Source of the DNA: Felis catus
Taxonomy: Eukaryota
Direction of reading: 5' to 3'
Assembly: GCF_018350175.1 (NCBI RefSeq)
Contig: NC_058368.1
Span: forward strand, 183,212,001 to 183,276,000
DNA: 64,000 nt
The notes under the pieces are model-generated. The model did not search any database. It was not told the origin of the DNA and saw only the letters and a list, made by a program, of their open reading frames with translations. Of the stretch, positions 51,626-64,000 are shown one piece after another. A program made the translations under genes and the position numbers. The stretch's first letter is position 1. Every line of letters begins with the position of its first letter.

Positions 51626-52144
51626 TTTAGGATAAATAGGGCCTCCTATGACCATCTATCCAGCTAACCAAATGTACCACAACAAAATTTATTATTCAAC
51701 AGCCTAAATGAATTAATAATTGTTTCCAAGGCTATAGACATACGGTAGCTATGTCCTGAATCCACTAAATAAAGTGAGTATAGGTGACACAACATGAATA
51801 TGAATTATGCCCATGGTTTCAAATATGTGTAATGCAGCCTCTAAGGCAAATTCAGAGTTTTTTGGATTTTTTTTATTTGTTTGTTTCTTTAAATCCTAGA
51901 AATTAAAACTGTAAACTAATGTGGTTTTGTTGTGTTTTTCCTGTAGGCAAATTAAGATAGTAATGAAGAATGTAGGCTCAGAGTCAAGTAAAATCAGATT
52001 TATATCCAGGTTTTGTCATTTAAAAGTTGAGACACACGAGGCAAGTGTCTTCTCTCTGTAAATTTTAGTTTCCCCATATCCAAAATGAGGATAATGATGT
52101 CTTTGTGTGAATGAATATACATCAGAAATATAAAATTTGGCATA

Positions 52145-53441
52145 TGGTATGTATGATTCCAATTCTGACTATCAAAAGGTAGATACTTTATCCCTTCCTT
52201 TGAAACAGACTGGTGTTATGACCAATAAAATGCAGTGAAAGTGACCCTATTACAGTTTCAAGCTTAGACTTTAGGACATGAATAGACACTTTTCCAAAGA
52301 CATCCAGATGGCCAACAGACACATGAAAACATGCTCAACATCACTCATCATCAGGGAAATAGAAATCAAAGTCACACTGAAATACCACATCACACCGGTC
52401 AGAGTGGCTAAACTGAACAAAACAGGAAACTACAGATGCTGGCGAGGATGTGGAGAAACAGGAACCCTCTTGCACTGTCGGTGTGAATGCAAACTGGTGC
52501 AGCCACTCTGGAAAACAGTGTGGAGGTTCCTCAAAAAATTAAAAATTGAGCTGCCCTATGACCCAGCAATAGCACTACTAGGAATTTACCCAAGGGATAC
52601 AGGAGTACTGATGCATAGGGACACGTGTTCCCCAATGTTTATAGCAGCACTTTCGACAATAGCCAAATTATGGAAAGAGCCTAAATGTCCATCAACTGAT
52701 GGATAAAGAAGATGTGGTTTATATAATCAATGGAATACTACTTACCAGTGAGAAAGAAGAAGGAAATCTGGACATTTGCAGCAATGTGGATGGAACCGGA
52801 AGGTATTATGCTTAGTGAAATGAGTTACCAGAGAAGGACAGATATCACATGTTTTCACTCATATGTGGATCTTGAGACACTTAGAAGACCATGGGGGAGA
52901 AAAAAATAGATACAAACAGAGTGGGAGGGAGACAAACCATAAGAGACTCTTAAATACAGAGAATAAACTAAGGGTGGATGCGGGGTTGGTGGGGGGGGGA
53001 CAGGGGAAAATGGGTGATGGGCATTGAGGATTGTACTTGTTGGGATGAGCCCTGGGTGTTGTATGTAAGCCAATGTCACAATAAATCATATTCAGTTAAA
53101 ATATATATATACAGCAGCTTCCATACTTATTCTGTAGAAGTAATAACCCTGAATACACAACTCTATGTGGAATACCAAGATAGCCATTTGAAAAAGCTAC
53201 TTGGGGTAGAAATGAGGTGTCAGACAAGAATATGAAACCTTCTTAGATCTTCCAGCCTACCTCACCTGCTCACTAAAACAAGGTGAATTAGTGACCACGG
53301 CCAACATCCTGTGGAGCACAAGAACTGCCACTCTAGTCATGACCAAGTTCTGACACAGAAAGTTATAAATAATAAAAATGTTATTGTTTTAAGCCAGTTT
53401 GTTGTGAGTTGACTGTTATGTGGCCATATATCACTAAAACA
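52145..53441 (+). mobile_element. MaLR MLT1-type solo LTR split by an L1 insertion
   Basis: Left part tgaccaataaaatgcagtgaaagtgac; right part gcagcttcca...tgtggagcacaagaactgcc...tgttttaagcca...tgttatgtggccatatatcactaaaaca. Confidence 0.75.
52275..53110 (+). mobile_element. 5'-truncated L1 (ORF2 C-terminus plus 3'UTR), copy C
   Basis: ORF 52278-52706 [17 protein letters not shown]...[10 protein letters not shown]-rich 3'UTR; aataaa near 53080; no clear TSD. Confidence 0.96.
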
Positions 53442-53529
53442 CCCTCTAAATGTATGAAGATTATTCAGCATACTTTTGTGTTTTCTCTTTCAAAGAATAC
53501 AACCACAATCATGGGAAGCTTTTATTTGA

Positions 53530-53915
53530 AAAAGGGCATCCTTCATAATGGCCCCAAACTGGACACAGCCCAAACCTTCAAAATAGGGGAACAGATTAAT
53601 TGTGGTAATTCTGTACAGTAAAATACTACAAAACACAACGAAGAACCAACTGCTGTTACCCTCAGGAACAGGAATAAATCTCATATACATATATACATTT
53701 GACATAAGTCATAGACATAGCAATAACTGAAGGAAGCCAGATATGAAACATTCAATTCAATCATGTTAGAAGTCAGAAAAATGGTTTCCATTATAGTGTG
53801 GTATAATCACTGGGTAGAAATATTAGGGAACTTTTAGGATATTGTAAAAATGTTCTAATTCTTCATTTGAATTGGACATTTACTGTGTGTGATGTATGTC
53901 ATATCCAATTAATTT
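53530..53915 (+). mobile_element. Ancient L1 3' fragment (L1ME-like)
   Basis: ttcataatggccccaaactggacacagcccaaa...aataaatctcata...tgttagaagtcag...aaatgttcta. Confidence 0.6.
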
Positions 53916-54529
53916 AGGGGAAAAATCTGCTTTTAAAACTCAAAATACTAAAAACAAAAGCACATAAAAGCATTCCTATATTTTTAACATTACTCTAAAA
54001 CAACTTGAACTCAGAGTTTAAGTGATTTGCTCATAATCACATTGCTAGAAAGTAGCAAAGCTGTTCTAATGCCTTTCCTCCAGTTCTCAATATTTGTTTA
54101 GAATGCAGTAGAGCCTGTATCATGCAAGATTTTGTCTGATTACTTTACTTAAAAAAGAGAGAACCTAGATTAGATTTTGAAGTGTCTGAGATTTAGGGGT
54201 CTGTGATTAGTAGTGAGGAAGCACAGTGGGCTCACGAAAGTCTTAGAGAAGGCAACTGTAGAGTGCTGTTAGAATCCACAAGCTGCAGCAAATGTATGTA
54301 TGGGAGACAGTTTTTGTATGGACCCTACCTTATAGAGAAGTTGTGCTTCTGTTGCATAGGACAATAACAATGGCAAGACTGAAAATCACCTTGAATATTA
54401 TTATGTTAGTAGACCTTTCTATGACCTGACATTTTATCAGGACCATCTAAATGTTGTGAGTATTAGAGAAAGCATATCCATGATGTGAACTGATTTTAGT
54501 TCACAAGAGGTTCCATTTGTTTTTATTGA

Positions 54530-54563
54530 GGTTAATGGATCTGTGAATACAGATCCATTAACC
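54530..54563. repeat. Perfect 15-bp inverted repeat, 4-nt loop
   Basis: ggttaatggatctgt-gaat-acagatccattaacc. Confidence 0.97.
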
Positions 54564-55949
54564 CCAGAATTTTTAAATGTTAAATCAGCAGCTTTAAATA
54601 AATGTTAACGTGAGACACCAATTACTGCTACTGTAATACCAACTAGAGGGCAAGATTTGGAGCACTGCCTAGCAAGAATATGTTAAAAATTCTGAACTTC
54701 TTTATTAGCCAGATAAAAATGATGTAAAGATATTAATATTTTGTTGGGTCAAAGCCAATAAAAATAAATTATTTCCCCTTTAAAAAATGCATTTAGCAAA
54801 TAGCTGCATAGTCTCTAGGAGACTTTATGTTTCCAAACTTTCATAGGATTATGGTTATTGTTATTAATGTTACCATTACTACTCTTGCAATGCCATTACT
54901 ACATTAAGGAATTGATTTATTCAGATCTTATGGATGTAATTACCGCATGCACTCATGAAACAGTACATTGCAAGGATACATGTGGCTCATTGCTAAGACA
55001 GTGATTCTGCACACTGTTCCATGCAGGCTGGCATTGATATTTATTTTGGTCTATTTTAAATTATTTTGTATCAGCTATGTACTGCAAATGGTATGGTACC
55101 TGAATTCTGTTTTTGTGGCCAGAATATCATTACAGTGAAGATAATTTAATTCAATTGAACATGCATTTACTTCATGTTTCTTGTACCTAGCTAGCCCTAT
55201 TCTCAAGTAATATTCCTAGTTTCCAGGGAAGTGTTGGCATCTGCAAGTAAGCTGTTGTGGTTCACATTCTAGCTGATCAGTTGCTGAAAAGTTAATTTAT
55301 TTATGCTCAATTTCTTCATTCATTAAATTGGCATACTATTACCTATTTCATCAAGCTTTTTTTAATATATTGAAAATATAAGTGTTAACACTATAAGTGC
55401 CACATCAGTAATGCTTCCTACATTGTAACTACCATAAAAGCAACATGATACCTTTAGAAAAATTCCTTAGAATATGATTATCATGCAAGATTGAAGAACA
55501 CGGAAAACAACTATATGTTTGTGTGTAGGTTATTAGAATGGTGAATGCCTTCTATTCTACAACTATGCTTTCTTTTTTCAGGCAATTTAATTCCCCCAAT
55601 ATCATTATATATTGAGATAATTTTATTGTGTGAAAAAGAATATACCATGTTTTCTTAGAATAATGGAGACTCAGTGTCTCTAGGATTGCACAAATCCTGT
55701 TTATTATCTTGATGGTCAAATACATACTCTACTTTATAAATGTTGCATATATGTTAAAACAAGAATATACTCTTAAAATTTTGAGTTTAGATTTGTGTAT
55801 GCTTGTCCATCTCTCTCTCTCTCTCTCTCTCTGTTTCTTACACAGACACACACATGCACACACATACACATATTATAATTCAAATTTTAACATTTATCTA
55901 TTATCAATCCTTGTACAATATGTATCTGTAAAATAAATATTTGAATCCT

Positions 55950-56680
55950 ACATTTCAGGCTTCCAACACTTCTATTTATTTTTGTCTGCTTGATCTATTA
56001 CTTTCTGTAAGTAATGTATTAATATCTTGAACTAGAATTGTCAGTATTTTCCTTCTGACATTTGAAGCTTTATATATTTTGAGGTGATATTGTTAGGTGC
56101 ATACACGTTTATATTGAGTATAGAATTTTATTCTCTTAGTCTTTTTACAGAAATAACATGCCCTTTTTTTACACTTTAATTACTTTTTATAAATCACTTT
56201 TTGCTATGTTAGCTTGTTTCTTACTGTTTTCCATAGGCACACACTTACCTAGTATATCTTTTCTACCTTTCTGTGTCTCTTTGTATTAAATGTCTTTGTA
56301 GACAAAATGTTACTAGATCTTGTTTTCATACAGTTATTTTCATCTACATTGAGTGAATAAGTGCTTCTACTGAGGAGTTTAACCTATTTATATAGACAGT
56401 ATTTCTGCCGATTTAAAACTAATTTCTTTACTCTTAACTGTTACTTTCTGGAAAAGTTCCTTAATCTGCTCTTTCAACCTACTAACACATTTTTCAGCTT
56501 TATCCTTCTAACTACATAGCTCAATGATTGTGTTCTTCACTGAAATTATTATATTTTTTAAATTTCATATTAGTTCCTTTATGATTGTTCTTGTTTCATA
56601 TTGCGATTATCTAGTCTTATACTCATCATATTACATTAAATTCTCAGTCATCTATTTCAGTAACTATGCCTCTGATGCTG
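55950..56680 (-). mobile_element. Ancient L1 fragment (ORF2 5' region), antisense
   Basis: ttttgtctgcttgatctatt...gctttatatattttgagg...ttgttaggtgcatacacgttta, typical of old L1M antisense. Confidence 0.6.
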
Positions 56681-56849
56681 TTCACTTTATCTACTTATCT
56701 GTTTATCCATCTATTTATTTTATTCATTTTACTTATTTTCATTCTTTTTATTTCTTAAGTATCTCAATATTTTGGTCTGCAAATGCATGGTCCCCTGTGA
56801 GTATGGACTACTCTATCCTTATGAAAATGTGTATTTAGAAAGGGCCATT

Positions 56850-56972
56850 GGGATGCCTGGGTGGCTCAGTCAGTCAAGCATCTGACTCCTGATTTCAGCT
56901 TAGGTCATGATCTCACCATTCATGGATTTGAGCCCCATGTTAGGCTCTGTGCTGACAGTGCCTACTTAGGAT

Positions 56973-57023
<51 letters not shown>

Positions 57024-57168
57024 ATCTCCTTCTCTCTCCCTCTCTCTCCTTCTCTCCCTTTCTCCCTCTCTCTCTGCCCCTCCCCTGCTTGCATATATGT
57101 ATGCATGTGTGCCCTCTCTCTCTCTCTGTCTCTCTCTCTCAAAATGAATTAATAAACTTAAAAAAAAA
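56850..57168 (+). mobile_element. CanSINE with expanded (CT)n tract
   Basis: TSD tagaaagggcca at 56836-56847 and 57169-57180. Confidence 0.95.
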
Positions 57169-57899
57169 TAGAAAGGGCCACAAACCAGGTTGCGATCTGT
57201 ATCCCTTCTGTTGAATTTAAAGGAAGGGGAGGGAACTGCTTCAGAACAGACAGCCACACAGTACCTCAGAACTATACTTGATCACCTCAATTTGTCACCT
57301 CTCTCCTGGTAACTCATCTTCTTAGGGTTTTCTTTTTAAACACTTAGGATGAAGTGCTTTAGTAGGAGATAGTCTCTCTCCTTTTTAATTTTGATAAAAG
57401 CTGTTTATTTTATACCAGCACAAACAAGAAGGGACAAAGAGATGGAAAAGGAAATAACTTATATGTAATTATGGTTCCTAAAGCTTAATCAAAATCATTA
57501 TTCCATAGATTTACCAAAGAAAATCTGGTATAATACAAATTCTTCTTTAAAAAGAAAGTGGAAACAAAAACAAAAACAAACAAAAAACTAAGAAGTTCAT
57601 TTAAAACCCATCAATAGCTTTTGTGGCCACAGGAGGCTAAAGCTACTTGATTACATTCCAGCTTGCATAAAAATATTGTATTACATTAATTATTTTTAAC
57701 AATACAGTGTACTTCACTATTATTTATGTGGAAACTGAGTTATAAAATTGTTAGATCATATTAAAAAGTGTCATAAACTGTGCCAGAGGCTATAGCCTAT
57801 CAGGATTTTCACAAACTTGACAAATGAACTCCTAGATAACACAGAAATATAAAGTCACTATATGTATAAGATATAGGAAGTAATACTAATGCTTTATTT

Positions 57900-58080
57900 T
57901 ATTCATTCATCCATATATTCATTCATTCCAAAATTTACCAAATATTTACTATTTTCTTCCTCAGTGCCAGACTCTATTCTAGGGATTAAAGACATTATGA
58001 AGAATGGGATGAGATCCCTACCTTCAAGGAACTCATGTTCTTCTGAAGGAAATAAATGGAAACAATTAACAGCAAGATAA
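57900..58080 (-). mobile_element. L2 3' end
   Basis: attcattcatcc...aaatatttact...gtgccagactctattctagg...tccctaccttcaaggaactcatgttct. Confidence 0.7.
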
Positions 58081-59009
58081 TGTGGCACACACTTTAATAA
58101 ACACACACACATGAATTCTATGACTCATTAAATAGTTACAGAAATAAGCAACAACTGGGTGCAAGAGGATAAAATTTGAAGGGCACAACTCAAAAGGGGA
58201 ACATCATAAAATTATTTTCTCACCATTATTATTAATAAAGGTAACTATTATAACCTAGTAATTGATGACAAGGGGATAGGGCTCTGAATTGGCAGAATAT
58301 TAGAGAAGGTATCATAAAATTAAGTCCTTACTTGGAAAAATACCAATCCTCTGAGCTATGCGTGAGACAGCGCATAGAGTTTGTGATTCTGGTGGGCACT
58401 GAAAATTTAAGAAAAAACTGTCAACATCAACTCAAATAGATTTTAATTTTTCCACACTACACTGGAATTCTAGGTAATTATATCTGCAAATTCAAAGGTA
58501 AATAGTCAATTTCAGCTAAAGAAGCTAACTTGTAAAAATATGAGAGAAAAGTATATAAAAGGACACATAATTTCTCTTTGGAAAAGTGAGAAACAAAGAG
58601 GCCTTTCCTTATCTAAAAGGTTTGCACTGGATACACAAATAAATTAGTAACCTAATTAATTGTCAAATGTGCAGTAAGAAAAGGTCCACAACAGAAGTCA
58701 TGCTTCTTTGTGTGCATACAAAAGCTATAAGCAGAAAGAGAGTCGGGCAAAAGAAGGCTACATAGAATAATATGATTCAAAAATATCAATAGCCAGTGTC
58801 AAGAAAGAATACTATGTAACAAGTGTGCAATCTGTATATGTGGACTTTCATACTGAACTAAAAAAAAAGAACAATTTTTATATGAGGAATTTCTTTTATT
58901 GTTCCAGTCTGATGCCAGACCTGACTCCTCTGTGAGAGTAAGAAATGCCCTGGAAAAATATGTACAGAGGAAGGAGGCAGGGAAATATTACTGGGCATTA
59001 CATTATAGA

Positions 59010-59450
59010 CACCGTAATTATCAGGGGTTGGAACCTTTTTTGTTTACTTAACTGGAAGCCTGGGTATCCACAGTGTCATGGGTTGGTTCAGCAGCTTCAC
59101 AACATCAGGGTGCTGGCTGAGGACTCTGCAATGCTTCAAGGTTTCCTTTCATGGTAGCAAGATGACTGCCCCAACTCCAAGCATAATTTATCGCATGTGT
59201 GTACAGAATCGGAAGCACAGGTAGCCAGAGCAATAAAAGTGTACATGTCTCCTTTCATTGAGAAGGAAAATATCTTTTTATTGGTTTCTGGTGTTATTGA
59301 TCACTACTGGCTCTCCTGCCCATTCTCAGCTGCAGGGAAGGCTAGCAAAGTAAGCATCTAGTGTTTTCAAACTCTTTAGTGAAAGGTGGACAATATATAC
59401 AAAGATATTGGGCCTAATATTTGGGGACTAATTAAAAGTATCTTTCTCAG
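59010..59450 (-). mobile_element. Ancient MaLR LTR (MLT1J/K/L-like)
   Basis: gggttggttcagcagcttcacaa...catggtagcaagatgactgcc...ctcagctgcagggaaggctagcaaagtaagcatct. Confidence 0.65.
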
Positions 59451-59709
59451 GGAGTAAGAAGGTAGGAAGCACGATAGCTCTTCTCATTGAACAATACATT
59501 GAAAAATTAGTGAAAACATTTCTTTGATTTAACAAATATTTATTAAGTTTTCACTGCGGACTAGACATTCTGCTAGAAGCTGGGTATATAATAGTCATAG
59601 TGAAAAGAAATAAGCATGATGCTTGCGGGCCTGAAGTGGGCATCATTCACTTAAGGGACTAAAAACAGGGCTGAAAACTGGATTGTACTGGGCAGTTCCA
59701 TCAGTACAT

Positions 59710-60395
59710 TAGAAATGCATGACAGGGTCTGCCCAAGATTACCTTCCCTCACGCCTCTCTCCTCTTACATGACTGTGTTCCAATCAGTCCCTTAAAACTG
59801 CCAAGCCTGGGGGCGCTGGGGTGACTTAGTCAGTTAAGCCTCCAACTCTTGGTTTTAGCTGGGGTCATGATCTTGCAGTTCATGATTTCGAGACTTGCAT
59901 CGGGCTCTGTACTGGGAGTGTGGAGCCTTCTTGGATTTTCTTTGTCTGTCTGTCTGTCTGTCTGTCTCTCTCCCTCCCCTACTTGCACTGTCTCTGTCTC
60001 TCTCAGGATAAATAAATAAACTTATTAAAAATTAAAATTAAAAATAAAACTGTCAAGCCCATTTCTTCTTTGGAGCTTAATGCTCCCTGTATGGGATACT
60101 TTGCTCCCAGAATTTTGCAAGGCTTCTTCTTTTTGTTATCAATTTTCAGTTCAAATAGTAGTTATCTGAAGAAGCTTTTTCTGGCCACCAGATATAAGCT
60201 GATCATTCCTGCCTTAGTCACTCTTAATTAAACAGCAGTGTTACTTCCTTCATGACATCCATAACTATATGAAATTACCTTAGTTTCCTCATCTATTGTC
60301 TATCTTCCCTATTATACTATAAACTGTATCTTTAAAAGCAAAGATCTCATCTATCTTCTATAATATAGTAATTACAGTGCCTCATACAGAGTGAT
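59710..60395 (+). mobile_element. L2 3' region interrupted by a SINE
   Basis: ttttcagttcaaat...gaagaagctttttctggccacc...tattgtctatcttccc...cagtgcctcatacagag. Confidence 0.55.
59809..60044 (+). mobile_element. CanSINE
   Basis: TSD taaaactg(c/t)caagcc at 59793-59807 and 60045-60059. Confidence 0.95.
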
Positions 60396-60950
60396 CTGGA
60401 AAGATCGGCTACATCAAGAACATAGGTCATAAATAAGAATTGTGGCCTTTATTCTAAGACAAATAGGTAGTGATTGAATTTTCTATAAACAGCAAGTGAT
60501 ATGATTTGATTTAGTCAATTACCACATGTCTCAGTAGATATAAACTTAAAAACATCTTATTCTTACACAGACACCACATATTAGAATATATGTGTATAAA
60601 TATATTTTGACTAGATGTCTAGTAATGTTGACTGAATTGATGATGATGATGATGACAATGACAATAATGTCGGTGATGATGACAAGCGATAATAATAAGA
60701 AGTACAAGCTGAGTATTCACCCTTACTGGTTAAAGTATATGACAATGTCTTTCTAATACCTAAAATGGCAGCATGACAGTATCACTTTTCAGCTTTTCTG
60801 AGAGGTCAAAGTGAAATTTTAATCATAGAAACTTGTAGCGACCAATACATCCACAATGTATACTTATTTTACACCAAAAGATATACAGAATGACAACAGT
60901 TACCATCAGTATATCATCTTCAAATATGAAAGATAGTGAAAGATTTTTTA

Positions 60951-60981
60951 TATTTAAAAATATTAATGTTCATTTATTTTT

Positions 60982-61015
<34 letters not shown>

Positions 61016-61183
61016 TACTGTGAGTGAGGCAGAAGTAGAGAGAGAAGGAGACAGAAACTGAAGCAGGGTCCAGGCTCTGAGCTGTCAGCACAGAGCCCAA
61101 CGCAGGGCTCAAACCCACGGACAGTGAGATCATGACCTGAGCCAAAGTCGGATGCTTAACCAACTGAGCCACCCAGGAGCCCC
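60951..61183 (-). mobile_element. CanSINE
   Basis: Reverse strand ggggctcctgggtggctcagttggttaagc; degenerate TSD tgaaagatttttta / tgaaacacatttttta. Confidence 0.94.
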
Positions 61184-62775
61184 TTGAAACACATTTTTTA
61201 AATGATTAAGAATCAAGCTCTACATACATTTGAGACCTTAATATGGCAAAATTGCTCTGATTCAGATTAATAGAAAACAGTCTACTTAACTAGCTGGTAA
61301 TTATTTTAGATGGAGACTCTGAGTAATGCAAAAATTTACTCTAGATAGCCCGAGACCAATTTAACCTCTAATATTATTTTAAAATTCCAGAAAATTAAGT
61401 TACTGAATTAATGACACATTCCCTCCTTTTTATTCCCCTTACCCTTCACTTAGAGTCTACTGTTCAAACTCAGTGAAATCCATATCTATCCATATCAAAA
61501 AGCACTACACAACCATAATCAAAAACATGAAGTCATAAAGTTAAAACCATTTAATCCTATTAAAGCCTCATTAAATCAAGGCAGTATTTATAGGATGGGA
61601 CTTGATTCCCTTGTACACTAGCAAATCTGCAACCCGAGTCAATGTTCACGAATTAATTAGCAACTGCACTAGGGGCAGGTGTTTGACTGACATTTCCCTT
61701 GATCTCTTCCCTCAAGGTTACATGCTGTACAGTCATGCAATTCCTTGCCATTAATCCTTAACCCCAATGGAATGTTTGTTTACTTTGCTGAATAAGAGAA
61801 AGAGCAGGAGTTACAAAACAAATATGCAGAATGAAGAGAGGTGCTTTTTCGAGATAGTATTTCTTACATCAAAACATAATGTAAAGAAAGAAAGCTTTAT
61901 ATGGGATATGTCTACTACCTGTAGTTAGGGGGGAAAATCCTCATTTCAGAGGACAAAGGTCACTTTTTAAATAGTTTTCACACATTTCAGCTAAAGCTTC
62001 AGGTAGGAAATGATAGGATTTTAAAGCTTGGGAAACTTGAAATATTATTTGCCCAAAAGCCTCCATTTTTCAGCTGAGGAATCTGAGACACAAAGAAAAT
62101 GTTATTTCTCTAAAAGACCCAACTGACTAACAGTTAAGCCAAGTCTAAAACACCTACCCAACTAAAATAGATTGTAGTTTTGCTCGTTGTTGTCTATTGG
62201 TATTCTTCTGAAATAAAGCAAAAATTTGACATATGACATTTGTTATTTATGACTTTGTTGGCAGTGATGATAAAAACATGTTTAGGTCTTGAATGGCATG
62301 TGAATAATATCCTCCTCAAAATATTGACAGTGGTCAAGACATAACTTCAAGTTCAGGTTGATGGGTTTTTAACTATCATGTCATCGAAAGCAGTTGAAGG
62401 AGTAAGCTACTTTTATAAGCTTCTATATGTCATACATAAGCATTTAGTTATAATTTTTTTATGGCTCAGTTATCTTTGATTTCTCTTTTCAAACAATGAT
62501 TCCATAATATGGCAAAATAGTTTTCTTGACAAATGAGATCCGACACTGAATGTATATTATATTATCCTATCAAGTACAATAGTAAAAACAACCATAAAAT
62601 ACACTGAAGTCTGATTATGATTTCTAGAAGAACTGATGTATTTTTCAACTCACTTTGCTCTCCAGACACTTTGCACAAACACTGACATGAAGCAGGTATT
62701 TAAATTATAGGTATTTTTTTCAAGCATATTCTTTTCTATCTGCTTTTAAGTATTTAATTACATTATAATTACATT

Positions 62776-62885
62776 ATGTGTGTGTGTATATATATATTAT
62801 ATATTATAATATATTATATGTATATATATATATATATACATTGTGTGTGTATATATAATATATATATACACATAAATATATATAA
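62776..62885. repeat. (TG)n/(TA)n compound microsatellite
   Basis: tgtgtgtgtatatatatatt... interrupted runs. Confidence 0.9.
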
Positions 62886-64000
62886 TTAATGAATCAATCT
62901 CGGAAAATAATTTGCTCTCCTAGGTATAATTGGAGATCAACATAGAAAGAATTAAAAATAATAATAAAGGTACATGAATGGGTAAATATAAAAGGTTGAA
63001 AGAAAGAAAGAATATTTCTAGCAGACTTGTCATCCTGTAAATTTTATTTGCAATGTTAAGTCAAAGCAGAAAACAATAACATTAACTCAAGTATGTTAAT
63101 TACTAACTATAATAAGAGGGAATTGGTGGAAAGGAATTTCAAAGGTTTTATTTTTCCCTTTAAAATTTTATTTTATTTCTTAAATGATGGAGAAAATGTA
63201 CCAACTATTTATTCTTAGTTATACTGGGTATTTAATATTGATCAATGGCAAGTTTCAGTTATTATTTTTTCCATACTCAAAACCCTAATTGTAGAAGTCA
63301 AGCATGTCAGATAGAAGCTTTTTATTTTTTAAAGCAGGGGAGAGAAAAAGGACATGGGATCTTTGGAGAAGAATTGTTCACAGATCCATCTTTGTAACAA
63401 GAACAAAGATTAATCTTACCAAATTGCGATGATGTGATGGGAACCAAGAGAGCACCTCTGAACAAATTTCAAAGGAACTCAAGAAGCTGACCAAAAACGG
63501 CACTTTAATAAGGCTTGGAGTTCCCAAGAACCAAGAGAGAGCTGTGGTTCATATCAGAGCACAAGCTGAATCTGTCAGTGTCAACAATAGCATAGAGATG
63601 AACGACGCTGGGGCTGGAACATGGTTAGGTTGGCACGATGGTCCCACAATTAACTGTGTCTTTTCAAGTTCCTTATCCTACATCTTAGTTTTCTCCCCTG
63701 TAAGAGGGAAACAAGAATGGTTACCCTAAAAGTTCAACAGGAGCGTTCAAGGAGACAATATATGAAAGGTCTCAATAGTGTCCCTGATCTGTGATAGGAG
63801 CTTAATTAAGTGATTAAAATTAGAATTGATATCAAAGAAGAGAACAGGGATTGTAATGATCATGTGGAAAAACAATCTACGAGCAAGAGAAGTAATCCTG
63901 CCGCCAAAACTAGCATTTGAAATAGGGATAATCTACAATAATATTGAAAGACATTTACAAAAAGTTCATTTCTGCAGAAGTTTTGTCAATCTGACAGGGA

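Noticed and set aside
58150..58370. Possible hAT-Tip100-type relic (similar weak candidates at 36575-36680 and 37630-37830)
   Set aside because: Too diverged to assign without a Dfam search
63380..63730. Purine-rich, exon-like stretch including ORF 63544-63729
   Set aside because: No recognisable protein, GTG start and no convincing splice pair; a non-coding exon cannot be excluded

Overview
This is AT-rich, non-genic mammalian DNA, almost certainly from a felid (cat family), judged by its SINEC_Fc-type CanSINEs and felid-type LINE-1s. I found no host protein-coding exon, RNA gene or CRISPR array, and no new multi-gene system. The window holds two full-length LINE-1s in direct orientation. 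The first (24636-30543) is degenerate and nested inside an older L1. The second (41267-47211) is young, with an intact ORF1 and an ORF2 broken by only three small indels. There are also several truncated L1s, 14 CanSINE insertions (most with readable target-site duplications, TSDs), ancient MIR/L2/hAT/LTR relics and microsatellites. The best leads are: a 172-bp tract identical between the two L1s that carries shared non-ancestral residues (gene conversion or assembly artefact); an ORF0-like antisense ORF with a shared ATG about 450 nt into both L1 5'UTRs; nested insertions; templated or fold-back repair scars; and a perfect 15-bp hairpin. Subfamily names are from memory of consensus sequences and were not checked against a database.
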